Part shown: positions 1-8,973 of the stretch, in pieces
How positions within the stretch are numbered: position 1 is the stretch's first letter
Layout of the letters: every line of letters starts with the position of its first letter
The notes under the pieces: generated by a model
Database searches by the model: none
What the model was told of the DNA's origin: nothing
What the model saw: the letters and a program-made list of their open reading frames with translations, nothing else
Made by a program: the position numbers and the translations under genes
Assembly (NCBI GenBank): GCA_024274695.1
Contig: JAJSAI010000019.1
Coordinates: 1 to 64,000, forward strand
Source: an archaeon
GTDB lineage: Archaea > B1Sed10-29 > JAJSAI01
Length of the DNA stretch: 64,000 nucleotides
Direction: 5' to 3'

Positions 1-62
1 CCGTACACTACCGCGTGCTCTCCTGAGAAGAAAATGTTCCCAGGAGCCGAGCTCTGTTCCAC
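1..62 (-). CDS. mvk: Mevalonate kinase-like GHMP kinase, 5' end only (runs off the window)
   Basis: Manual translation from GTG at 62 gives MEQSSAPGNIFFSGEHAVVYG, matching the mevalonate kinase N-terminal motif SAPGK..xGEHAVVYG. Not in the ORF track. Confidence 0.7.
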   Translation of the reverse strand, partial: MEQSSAPGNIFFSGEHAVVY

Positions 63-160
63 GAAGAGTATTAGGGGCCCAGCCAGTTCTTAAAACTGCC
101 CACGGCAATCGCCGCCAAAAGAGAGTAGAGTATAAAAAAGGGAACGGTGTTTATACTAGC

Positions 161-1216
161 ATGGTTCCCGAGTTCCTGACGGTCAGCGTGTACGGGTTCA
201 AGGCGTACGAGCTGTTGATCGCAGCGGTGGTGTTCTTCGTTACCCTTGTTATAGCGAAGGCCGTCGTGACAATAATAAAGAGGAGGGTGCACGAGCTCTC
301 CAAGAAGACCAAGACAGAAGTTGACGATATCGTGGCGGCCATGATCTCAATATTCGGGTGGCCGTTCTACGTTCTCATAGCGTTTTACGTGACCCTTCAC
401 GCTGTCAGCGCCCCTGAGTATGTCAGAACCTGGTTCGGCTACCTTACCGTGGTGGTGACCGCGTACTATGCAGCCAAGGCTGTGAACAAGGCGCTTGACA
501 TGAGCATCACGGTCCTGGTCAAGGAAAAGCGCAGGAGGGGAGAGAAGATAGACCGGACGATCCTGGACTTTTTCGCGAAGATCGTGAAGGGCGTGGTGGC
601 TGCAGTGGCAGTGCTTTTCGCGCTCTCAGGCCTTGGTTACAATGTCACGGGAATCGCTGCCGGGCTAGGGATCGGGGGAATAGCGGTGGCCTTCGCGGTC
701 CAGAACATTCTGTCAGACTTGTTCAGCGCCCTTTCAATCTACTTTGACAGGCCCTTCGAGCTAGGGGACTTCATTTCATTTGACGGTGTCAGCGGGACCG
801 TGAAAAGAATAGGCATAATGACCACAAGACTCACGAGCCTCACAGGAGAAGAGCTCGTGGTTTCTAACAACGACCTGCTGTCCACCCGTATACACAACTA
901 CGGCAGGCTCAAGGAAAGAAGAGTTTCCTTCAAAGTAGGGATAGAATACGGGACCCCCCTGAAAAAGGTTGAGAAGGCCAAAAAGATAATCAGGGAGATA
1001 ATAGAAAAGCAGGAGGGGGTCAGGCTTGAGAGGGTCTACTTCACCGAGCTCGGGGAGTACAGCCTGGTCTTTGAGGTTGTCTACTACGTGCTCTCCCCAG
1101 CTTACGAGGACTACCTCAAGGCCCAGGAGAAAATAAACACCGAGATCCTGCGCAGGTTCGAGAAGGCGGGGATAACCCTGGCGTACCCGACGCAGACCGT
1201 TTTCGTGAGGAAGTGA
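161..1216 (+). CDS. Small-conductance mechanosensitive channel (MscS family)
   Basis: N-terminal TM helices, GLGIGGIAVAFAVQNILSD pore helix, RPFELGDFI..GTVKRIG beta domain, C-terminal YPTQTV. Confidence 0.93.
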   Translation: MVPEFLTVSVYGFKAYELLIAAVVFFVTLVIAKAVVTIIKRRVHELSKKTKTEVDDIVAAMISIFGWPFYVLIAFYVTLHAVSAPEYVRTWFGYLTVVVTAYYAAKAVNKALDMSITVLVKEKRRRGEKIDRTILDFFAKIVKGVVAAVAVLFALSGLGYNVTGIAAGLGIGGIAVAFAVQNILSDLFSALSIYFDRPFELGDFISFDGVSGTVKRIGIMTTRLTSLTGEELVVSNNDLLSTRIHNYGRLKERRVSFKVGIEYGTPLKKVEKAKKIIREIIEKQEGVRLERVYFTELGEYSLVFEVVYYVLSPAYEDYLKAQEKINTEILRRFEKAGITLAYPTQTVFVRK

Positions 1217-1222
1217 TGACTG

Positions 1223-1624
1223 ATGGATCCTCCTGAGAACCTGCCTTGGACCAGGGAGAAGAGGACCCTTGGGCAGATCGCGGCTGACAAGATGACAGAA
1301 TGGGTCGGGAGCTGGACGTTCATCTTCCTCCTCCTGCTCTTCATGGGAGTATGGATAGCGGTGAACTTGTACGCGTGGTTCATGGTCTGGGACCCGTACC
1401 CCTTCATCCTGCTGAACTTCGTGCTCAGCACTCTCGCGGCAATACAAGCGCCCATAATACTCATGAGCCAGAACAGGGCCGCGGAGAGGGACCGGCTCAT
1501 GGCAGTGTACGATTACGAGGTTGACAGGAGGGCTGAAGCAGAGGTCGCGGACATGCAGAGGGATCTTGACGAGATAAAAGAAATGCTCCGTGACCTGAAG
1601 AAAGAGATCAGAAGGAGGAGGTAA
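1223..1624 (+). CDS. DUF1003-family membrane protein
   Basis: GSWTFI, WDPYPFILLN and AAIQAPIILMSQNR motifs typical of DUF1003. Confidence 0.85.
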   Translation: MDPPENLPWTREKRTLGQIAADKMTEWVGSWTFIFLLLLFMGVWIAVNLYAWFMVWDPYPFILLNFVLSTLAAIQAPIILMSQNRAAERDRLMAVYDYEVDRRAEAEVADMQRDLDEIKEMLRDLKKEIRRRR

Positions 1625-1626
1625 AA

Positions 1627-2013
1627 ATGCCTGTGAAAAAGCACAGGATCCTGAGAAAGGAAAAGGGGCCCAAGGAGGTTTTCAAGAAGCACCTGGAGTT
1701 GCTGAAAATGCTTGACGCTGTTGAAGGAGTCAAGAAAGGAGCGCATCCATTGGTCAGGAAGGAGGAGCAGCTCAGGGAAGCGGTGCAGGTCTCTTCAAAC
1801 TATCCGTTCATGAAAGAACGAATAGAACAGACCGCGAGGGTCTTGTACCGTGACCTTAAGAGACAGGCCCTGAAACTGACAGGTTGGAACGAGGAGAAAG
1901 CTGACAGGCTCGTGAAAGAGTACCTTCTTGATGTGATAAGGGAAGAATACAAACGTAAGGGAAAGCGGCTGCCCAAGGGCATGAAACAGAAGATAGAGTC
2001 CCTGGGAGAATAG
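1627..2013 (+). CDS. Hypothetical K/E/R-rich protein
   Basis: GGAGG-type SD upstream; follows the previous gene closely; no recognisable motif. Confidence 0.7.
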   Translation: MPVKKHRILRKEKGPKEVFKKHLELLKMLDAVEGVKKGAHPLVRKEEQLREAVQVSSNYPFMKERIEQTARVLYRDLKRQALKLTGWNEEKADRLVKEYLLDVIREEYKRKGKRLPKGMKQKIESLGE

Positions 2014-2025
2014 GCTCCCATGGCC

Positions 2026-2574
2026 TCAGCCGAACAGCCTCATCCTGTGCCAGTGAGAGTATATGCCCATGGCCAGCATTCCCAGGGTGAAGAACAGCAA
2101 GAACATGGGTAGCAGGAACGCCTGCACGCTCGCCAGGCCAGTGGCCCTTGAAACGTCCTGCTCCTCAGTGTCAGGAGTGGCGAACGCCTGCCACGTGAAC
2201 TGAGGCTGCTTGGCAGGCTCTCCCGTGATCTTCTGAGGAGGATAATACGTGCTTTCCTGCCCCGGCATGAACAAGAACACCGAGAACGCGAAGAACGCGA
2301 GCACGGTCAGGACCAGAACGACCCTGACGAACTCCTGAGCCTCTTTCAAGGTCTTCGTCATCCTGGGCTTCCGGATTTTCTTTGGAGTGAACTTGAGTTT
2401 CTTGTACTGGCTCTCGGTCACCTCCAGAGGAAGCCCGAGATAACCGCAGTTGTGACAGTAGTACTTTTCAGGGAGCCCGAGCCCAACCATTCCGGCTCCT
2501 GTGAGGCTCGCGATTTCTATTTCCCTGCTCCCGCAGTTAGGACACACGAGAAACGTCCGGCTCTTCCTTCTCAT
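2026..2574 (-). CDS. Hypothetical Zn-ribbon protein with two TM helices
   Basis: CPNC...CHNC pair followed by two hydrophobic segments; 4-nt overlap with the upstream gene. Confidence 0.7.
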   Translation of the reverse strand: MRRKSRTFLVCPNCGSREIEIASLTGAGMVGLGLPEKYYCHNCGYLGLPLEVTESQYKKLKFTPKKIRKPRMTKTLKEAQEFVRVVLVLTVLAFFAFSVFLFMPGQESTYYPPQKITGEPAKQPQFTWQAFATPDTEEQDVSRATGLASVQAFLLPMFLLFFTLGMLAMGIYSHWHRMRLFG

Positions 2575-2927
2575 TCCAGCACCCTCAGTATCGTCCTGTA
2601 CTCTTTTTCCATGCTGACCTTGTCGTACCTTCCCGGGTGGGTCAGGAGGGTCACGCTAACAGTGTACTCCCCGGGGGTCACGTTGAACTTGGGGTATATC
2701 CTGAAGCTCGCGGTCTTCTCTCCTTCGGCTGGAACATAGTCGAGCCTCTGCCTCTTTTCCCGGGAAATGCAGCTGGGATCAAGCCCGAGCCCGGGAGGTA
2801 CCCTCACGATAACCGTGGAAAGAACTTCCTCATCTCCCGGGTTCTTCACTATCACGTCAAGGTTCACAGGCTCTTTCTGGCCTATTATTATCCTTATCGG
2901 CGTGAACCTAGTCTTAACGGTCAGCAT
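2571..2927 (-). CDS. Hypothetical beta-rich (Ig-like/CARDB-like) protein
   Basis: Alternating beta-strand pattern (VIVKNPG, GEKTASF, PGEYTVSVTL); no signal peptide; SD-like GGTGA upstream. Confidence 0.65.
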   Translation of the reverse strand: MLTVKTRFTPIRIIIGQKEPVNLDVIVKNPGDEEVLSTVIVRVPPGLGLDPSCISREKRQRLDYVPAEGEKTASFRIYPKFNVTPGEYTVSVTLLTHPGRYDKVSMEKEYRTILRVLE

Positions 2928-3028
2928 CCCATTTCACCGCATCCTTTGTTAACACACTACTCACTTAAAAACAATTCCCCTGTCCCTCCCTATCACCTTT
3001 TTTAATAACCATTCCCTTATGTAGGCTC

Positions 3029-3478
3029 ATGACACGGATACCGGAGGCCGAACTGGTTAAGAAGACGGTCACGTTCAGGGTAATGAAGGTTCCTGACGAT
3101 CCCGTGATGCCCAAGGATTCCCTGCTCAGGTGGCTTTGCCTGTGCCTTGGGCTGATAAGCGAGAACGAGTCAAGGGACACTGTGGTCAGGGTGCTCGATT
3201 CTGTCCTGTCCTGGCAGGCCAAGGGCGTTGATCCTACCGCCGAAGAAATAGCAGAGGAGGTTCCTGGTGCTTCCGAGAAAACGGTAAGGTACCATCTGAA
3301 GAGAATGTGCGATGCTGGAGTGCTTGAGAAGAACGGGAAAAAGTACTCCCTGACGAGGGCCGACGATGATCCGAGACTGCTGTCCTTCCCGAAAGCGTTT
3401 TTTCTCAGGAACGCTGACGAGGCCTCTGCTCCCGCTGAAAAGGTATTCGCAAGGCTTCTTGAAAAGTACTCACGGTAA
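3029..3478 (+). CDS. Winged-helix (ArsR-like) transcriptional regulator
   Basis: TAEEIAEEV...SEKTVRYHLKRMCDAGVLEK..KKYSL wHTH pattern. Confidence 0.75.
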   Translation: MTRIPEAELVKKTVTFRVMKVPDDPVMPKDSLLRWLCLCLGLISENESRDTVVRVLDSVLSWQAKGVDPTAEEIAEEVPGASEKTVRYHLKRMCDAGVLEKNGKKYSLTRADDDPRLLSFPKAFFLRNADEASAPAEKVFARLLEKYSR

Positions 3479-3484
3479 GCGGGG

Positions 3485-4051
3485 TCACGGGTTGTAGATC
3501 CTTGCCTTGAGCAGTGTTTCTTTCAGGTCGTTCAGTACCTTCCTGGCGACGTCCTGCTTGTGCTTTAGCCCTGGTACGATGCTGTTCGGGTATGCTAGCC
3601 CTGCGTACTCTGCGTACAGGTCTTCCAGGCTCTCGTATAGGCTTCGTGCTTTCTCGTGCTCTCCTGCCGCCGCGAGTTCTAGTGCGTACCTCTTAAGTTC
3701 TCCTATAGCGTCTCCCAGCCCGAGCAGGAAGTACTTTGCTGGGACTCCTGGGTCCACTATCCTCCCTTTTTCAACCATCCCGAGGTAGACGACGAGCTCG
3801 GCGTACTCCTGGTAGGCGCTTCCCAGCACGCTGTCCCTAAGGTCAGGATACTGTTTCAGCATCTTCTCAATCTCTTTTATCCTGCGCTTTATTCTTTCAG
3901 CCTCCTCTCTCGCCTGCCCGAACTTTCTCAGCTGAACGAGCCTTATCGCCCTCGCGCACGTTGGAACGATTTCCCTGTTCGCTTTCAAGGCCCTTTCTCT
4001 TGCTTCAAACTTTTTGTCAAGCTCTCCTTCCACTTTCTTGAGTACTCTCAT
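3485..4051 (-). CDS. Translin/TRAX (archaeal C3PO-like) family protein
   Basis: RERALK..REI, AYQEYAE, FLLGLGDAIGELKR and LKHKQDVAR motifs of the translin family. Confidence 0.85.
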   Translation of the reverse strand: MRVLKKVEGELDKKFEARERALKANREIVPTCARAIRLVQLRKFGQAREEAERIKRRIKEIEKMLKQYPDLRDSVLGSAYQEYAELVVYLGMVEKGRIVDPGVPAKYFLLGLGDAIGELKRYALELAAAGEHEKARSLYESLEDLYAEYAGLAYPNSIVPGLKHKQDVARKVLNDLKETLLKARIYNP

Positions 4052-5160
4052 GATACCACCAGTGTCAGTGGTTCTTCAAGAAGATCTCTCGCTCTGAGAA
4101 CTTCTTCCGGGCTGAGGGACATAATACTCTCAATCCTTTCCTCAGGCGTCCTGTTGCGCAGGCCTATTTCCCTCGCGTAGTCTCTCGCGAGTGACGAGGT
4201 CCTTTCCTGTTCATCGAGCCACAGGTAGTACTCCATTTTTTTGGATTTCCTGACGCTTCTTTCCGTGGGGACTGTTTCCTCAACAATCCTCCTGGCTATC
4301 CTGACAGCCTTTTCTCCCCTGCCCTTTTTCACGCCTCCTTCCACGCCGAACAAGGCGTAGTCCTTTCCGCTCGTGTCCATGAACGCTCTCACGCTGTAAG
4401 CCCAGCCTCTCTTCGTCCGTATCTCGGTGAACAGCTTGTTCTTCAGCCACAGCACCCTCCAGTACAATCTCAAAGCATCCTTGGTCCTTTCCTCACCCGT
4501 TTTCATGGGCCATAGTATTAGTATCCTCTCCTGCTCCAGCCCCCTTTCCTCGTGGTACTCTCCTACCTTGAAAACAGGCTTAGGATCTCTCGGTCTCCTG
4601 CCCCCTTTCCGGAAGGAGGGTATCACGGAGGGAAGTCTGGCGCCTGCGCTGACAATAAAACAGTTCTCCTGAGAATAGTACTTCTTGTAATGGTTTTCAA
4701 GATCATGCTTCGTGATATTTTTCACGGTCTCCTCTGCTCCCGCAGCGCCCACGCCAAGCCTTTTGCCCATTAGCAGGATCCTGCCCTTCTCGCGCGTGTA
4801 CGCTCCGGGGTTATTGTGCTTTCTCCTTATTTCCTCGATTATGACCTCCTTTTCTTTCTCGTAGTCGTCGAACACGGGTTCTTCCAGCATTCTTTTGAAC
4901 TCCTTCCACGGTGTTCTTTCAGAATAGTGGGCGCGCAGGTAGTAGTCGGTCATCCTGTCGGAAGTGGACGCGTTGAACCCTAGCGCATAGCACTCCTTCA
5001 TTCTCCTCATGATCCTGTTATTGTCATTCCTTCTGGACATCATGTGCTCAACAAAGTGGCTCAAGCCCTCCTTTCCTCTCGGGTCATGGTTTTTTCCAAC
5101 CCTGAAAAAAACGTGCAGGGCCAGAATCTCGTACCCTGTTTTTATGATGTACTCTCTCAT
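4048..5160 (-). CDS. M16 (pitrilysin/insulinase) family Zn peptidase
   Basis: Inverted Zn motif GLSHFVEHM, FNASTS, EKEVIIEE, LFTEIRTKRGWAYSV. Start re-assigned to the ATG at 5160. Confidence 0.88.
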   Translation of the reverse strand: MREYIIKTGYEILALHVFFRVGKNHDPRGKEGLSHFVEHMMSRRNDNNRIMRRMKECYALGFNASTSDRMTDYYLRAHYSERTPWKEFKRMLEEPVFDDYEKEKEVIIEEIRRKHNNPGAYTREKGRILLMGKRLGVGAAGAEETVKNITKHDLENHYKKYYSQENCFIVSAGARLPSVIPSFRKGGRRPRDPKPVFKVGEYHEERGLEQERILILWPMKTGEERTKDALRLYWRVLWLKNKLFTEIRTKRGWAYSVRAFMDTSGKDYALFGVEGGVKKGRGEKAVRIARRIVEETVPTERSVRKSKKMEYYLWLDEQERTSSLARDYAREIGLRNRTPEERIESIMSLSPEEVLRARDLLEEPLTLVVS

Positions 5161-5252
5161 GAGAGTAACTGGCGCATGAGAGAATATAAAACAATTGTGC
5201 GGGAAAAGGGTTTTAAGCAGCGCCTTCCTAAAAAATAGTGGAGGAGAGGATC

Positions 5253-5729
5253 TCACTTCTTCTTCCTGGTTGTTTTCCTGGAGGTCGTTTTCCTTCTGGT
5301 GGTCTTCTTGCTTGCAGTCTTCTTCTTTGCTGTTGTTTTCCTGGAAGCCGTCCTTTTCTTGACTGTCTTCTTTGAGGTTGTCTTCCTCGTTTTTGCTGCA
5401 GTCACCTTCACTGGCTTCAGTTCTAGTTTCTCTATTTCCCTCTGCACTTCCTCGAGCTTCTTCAGGATCCTCTGTCTCGCCGCTCTTCTCGGAACGTACT
5501 CGAGGGCCAGGAAGGACATTACCGCCACCCCAAGGTTCAGCAGGGTGAACACAACATCTCCCAGCCAGTACGCGTACATGGTCAAAAGCACTGCTCCGAA
5601 GAACATCAGCAGCTCGAACTCTGGAGAGACCCTCCGGCCCCTTACAGAGTCCTTGAAGAGCGGTATCCACGCTAGGAATACTAGGAAAGCGCCTAGCGCT
5701 CCCACAAAGTATGCTCCTGGGTCTATCAT
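5253..5729 (-). CDS. Three-TM SemiSWEET/PQ-loop-like membrane protein with histone-H1-like K/T/A/R tail
   Basis: Three hydrophobic helices with the ..Y....D......N pattern, then a coiled coil and a repeated KKTTxR/K tail. Confidence 0.7.
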   Translation of the reverse strand: MIDPGAYFVGALGAFLVFLAWIPLFKDSVRGRRVSPEFELLMFFGAVLLTMYAYWLGDVVFTLLNLGVAVMSFLALEYVPRRAARQRILKKLEEVQREIEKLELKPVKVTAAKTRKTTSKKTVKKRTASRKTTAKKKTASKKTTRRKTTSRKTTRKKK

Positions 5730-5783
5730 GTTTTCTGTGAAGGAATGCCTTGTTTTTAAAGGTTATGGGCGGAGAATAAGGAA

Positions 5784-8462
5784 ATGCGCATGAAATCACT
5801 TGACCTGTTATTGAAAGAGTTCGGTAGACTAACGGTAGTGCAAGAGAAAGGGATTCCGGCAGTGTACTCTGGGAAGCACGTTCTCGTGATGGCTGGCACG
5901 GGAGAGGGTAAGACTGAGACTGCAGTGCTTCCTGTTTTCGAGAGAATCTCCGGCAGAACCGTGTCGGGAGTGAGCGTGCTTTACATTACTCCCTTAAGGG
6001 CCCTGAACAGGGATCTTACCAAAAGGATAACAAAATGGGCCAAGGCCTTCGGGCTGACCGTATCGGTCAGGCACGGGGACACGAGCCAGTACAACAGGAG
6101 CAAGCAACTCCGTTCTCCCCCTGACGTTCTGGTCACGACCCCTGAAAGCCTTGCGGCCATGCTCTCCGCTCCCAAGATGTCCGGAAACCTGAAGACTGTC
6201 AGGCACGTGATCGTTGACGAGGCCCACGAGCTGTACCCTAGCAAGAGGGGAACGATGCTCGCTGTCCTGCTTGAAAGACTTGCTGAAAAGGCGGGAGACT
6301 TCCAGAGAATCCTCCTGTCGGCCACAATATCTGATCCTGAGAAGACCGCGGAATACTTTTTCGGAGGAAGAGAGCACGAGATCATCACAGGATTCTCTGG
6401 CAGGAAGCCTGTGCTGATGGTAGAGCTTATTGACCCGGAAGAGAATGACAGGACACTGGCCCGGGCGCTTGACACTCCAGCGGAGGTCATAGCAAGGGCC
6501 AGGAGGATAATAGAGCTCTCTGACTCAAGCATCTGCTTCGTTAACACCAGGTCAGTGGCTGAACTGCTGGCCAGCAGGATCAAGGCCCTCGGAGGAAATC
6601 TTAGAGTGCACCACTCCAGCCTCGGCAGGACAGAGAGGCTGGACGTAGAAGCTGCCTTGAAAAAAGGGGAAGTGAAAGGAGTTATAGCCACGAGCTCGCT
6701 AGAGCTGGGAATAGACGTTGGAAGAATAAGCAGAGTAATACAATACGGGAGCCCGAGGCAGGCTGCCAGGCTCCTGCAGAGGGTCGGAAGATCAGGACAC
6801 TCAAGGGATAAGACCCCTGAAGGGGTCATAATCGCCACAAGCCCTTTTGACGCGCTGGAGTCAGGCGTCCTGTGCGAGCTAGCCCTAGAGGGGTTCCTTG
6901 AACACGATCCCCCTCCTGAAAAACCGTACGATGTGGCAGCGGTACAGTCCGCCGGAATGCTCCTGTCAAAAGGAAGACAGAAGACGAGCGCATTGCTTGC
7001 CCTGCTCCGCAGGACAATCCCCTACAAGAGTCTTGAGCCAGAGGAATACTCAAGGATCCTGAAACAACTGGACTCGGAGGGCCTTGTGTGGCTTGGTCAG
7101 GAAGAGGCGGGCCAGACCAGGCTCACAAGAAAATACTACTACGAGAACCTTTCCATGATCCCCGACGAGAAAAAGTTTTTTGTCAAGGAAGCTGGAACAG
7201 GGAAAACGATAGCCGTGCTGGACGAGGCCTTTGTCGAGGACGGCCTGTCCGACAAGAAGGTCTTCATAGTAAAAGGCCAGGCGTGGGAGGTCATAGAAGT
7301 TACTGACCAGGAAGTGATAGTAGAGCCGAGAACAGAGTACCAAGCAGCAATACCAGCCTGGGAAGGAGAAAACATTCCCGTGTCACACGAGACAGCAGAG
7401 AGGGTGAGGCAGGTCATTGCCGGAGAAAGGCCTGTTCCAGAAGTCATAGTGCATAAGAACAGGGTAAGCCGGTTCGTGCGCGATCAGAGGAAGTGCTTCG
7501 TGCCACGGAAAAACGTGTTCTGGACAGAACAGGCGGAAGACTTCCTGATAGTACACTCTTTCTTGGGAACAAAGGCCAACAACACGCTGGCAAGATACTT
7601 CGGCTTCTTGGCTTCAGAGCTTCTCGGCAGGACAGTGGCCGTGTCAAGCGGAGCGTACCACATCGTGTTCCAGGGCCTAGAAGGGCCCGGCGTGCTGGAA
7701 GAAATACTCTCAGGAGAACACGACCTCGAGCCAGTGCTCAGGAAAGCCGTCATCCAAACAGGCTTGTACCAGCACAGGCTACTGCACGTGGCCAAGAGGT
7801 TCGGCCTGATCCCTAAAGACTCTCGGGTGCGCTCGCTCAAACGAATTTCCCGAATCCTGTCAGGCACGGTGATACAAGAGGAGGCTGTGAAAGAAGTCTT
7901 CTCCCAAAAGTTCGACCTGCGCAAGGCAGGAGAAGCGCTTTCCAGGGCAAGAGTGAAACACCATACCGGAAGGCTCTCGCCCCTGGGTCTGAGGGTCATG
8001 CTGGAAGAGCTGAGGCTCCCTGAACTGATGATCCCGGACAGGCCAGTCGAGCAGATCATCCAAGCAGTGAAGAAAGCGCTCGACGAGAAGATCGTCATGC
8101 TCTACTGCACGTACTGCCGGAAGCCCTTCTATCGGAGAGTGGCTGACCTTCCCGAGAAAATCGTGTGCCCTTACTGCAACAGCACGCAGGTCGCGCTCGT
8201 GAAAAGAGAAAGGATGTCAGCCGCGCTGAAAAGGAAGCGGCTCTCAACAGAAGAGAAAGAGTTCGTCAGGGAAGTGATGGACACCGTTCCCGTAATAGAC
8301 TCTTACGGGAAGAAAGGAGTCTACGCTCTCCTCATGCGAGGAATAGGCCCGAGCACGGCCAAGAGAGTGCTCGCAAGGTCAAGAGCTGATGAGAGAATGT
8401 TCTGGAAGGACCTGCTCGACGCCCAGAGGGAGTACTACCAGCACAGGCAGTACTGGGACTGA
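5784..8462 (+). CDS. lhr: Lhr-family SF2 ATP-dependent helicase
   Basis: GTGEGKT, YITPLRALNRD, RHGDT, DEAHEL, HHSSL, ATSSLELGID, QRVGRSGH, C-terminal Zn ribbon. Confidence 0.92.
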   Translation: MRMKSLDLLLKEFGRLTVVQEKGIPAVYSGKHVLVMAGTGEGKTETAVLPVFERISGRTVSGVSVLYITPLRALNRDLTKRITKWAKAFGLTVSVRHGDTSQYNRSKQLRSPPDVLVTTPESLAAMLSAPKMSGNLKTVRHVIVDEAHELYPSKRGTMLAVLLERLAEKAGDFQRILLSATISDPEKTAEYFFGGREHEIITGFSGRKPVLMVELIDPEENDRTLARALDTPAEVIARARRIIELSDSSICFVNTRSVAELLASRIKALGGNLRVHHSSLGRTERLDVEAALKKGEVKGVIATSSLELGIDVGRISRVIQYGSPRQAARLLQRVGRSGHSRDKTPEGVIIATSPFDALESGVLCELALEGFLEHDPPPEKPYDVAAVQSAGMLLSKGRQKTSALLALLRRTIPYKSLEPEEYSRILKQLDSEGLVWLGQEEAGQTRLTRKYYYENLSMIPDEKKFFVKEAGTGKTIAVLDEAFVEDGLSDKKVFIVKGQAWEVIEVTDQEVIVEPRTEYQAAIPAWEGENIPVSHETAERVRQVIAGERPVPEVIVHKNRVSRFVRDQRKCFVPRKNVFWTEQAEDFLIVHSFLGTKANNTLARYFGFLASELLGRTVAVSSGAYHIVFQGLEGPGVLEEILSGEHDLEPVLRKAVIQTGLYQHRLLHVAKRFGLIPKDSRVRSLKRISRILSGTVIQEEAVKEVFSQKFDLRKAGEALSRARVKHHTGRLSPLGLRVMLEELRLPELMIPDRPVEQIIQAVKKALDEKIVMLYCTYCRKPFYRRVADLPEKIVCPYCNSTQVALVKRERMSAALKRKRLSTEEKEFVREVMDTVPVIDSYGKKGVYALLMRGIGPSTAKRVLARSRADERMFWKDLLDAQREYYQHRQYWD

Positions 8463-8499
8463 CCTAAAGAATAAATACTCTTCCTGAGAATTTTTTGGT

Positions 8500-8950
8500 A
8501 TGGTCAGGAGAACAAGAGAAATGTTAAAGCGCAGGAAAGAGGTACTGCGGAAGATAGGGCTTCCTGAAGAGAAGGCTGGAAGATGGCTTGTTCTGGAAAG
8601 CCCTCCTAAGAACATTGAAGAGTACAAGGCAATCCTCAGAGAGGTCAAGGAAGAACTGAACTCCGTGAGCCAGAGGCTTAAAAAAAACCAAGGGAGAAAG
8701 CGCCAGGAGAGATCTTGAAGAAAGGCAGAAGCTCTTAGAAGCCGTGATCAATAAGGCCGAAAATAAGATAGCAGAATACGAGAGCAGGGAACTGGGCAAA
8801 AAGATAACCGAGAAGGCCGTGGAAGAACTCAAGGAAGAAGAGTACGCTGCTAGGAAGAGGAAGCGGGGATCACAGGAAGGAGAAAAGAGGAAAAAGGCTT
8901 ACGAGGACCTCAAGGACCTCCTCAAGAGCCTGAGAAAGAAAGGATTATAA
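8500..8950 (+). pseudogene. Coiled-coil hypothetical gene split by a frameshift in an A8 run (pseudogene, slippage site or sequencing error)
   Basis: ORFs 8500-8718 and 8744-8950 join into one ~149-aa frame if one A is removed from the A8 tract at 8680-8687. Confidence 0.6.
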
Positions 8951-8973
8951 AGCTAGGGGATCCTGCTTATCCC

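Noticed and set aside
5161-5799. N-terminal 212-aa extension of the 583-aa ORF 4048-5799
   Set aside because: It overlaps the 5253-5729 gene in another frame and the lhr start. M16 similarity begins at Met 5160.
8680-8688. A_AAA_AAC as a programmed -1 frameshift site
   Set aside because: Joining the two ORFs needs +1 (or -2), not -1, and no downstream stimulatory structure was evident.
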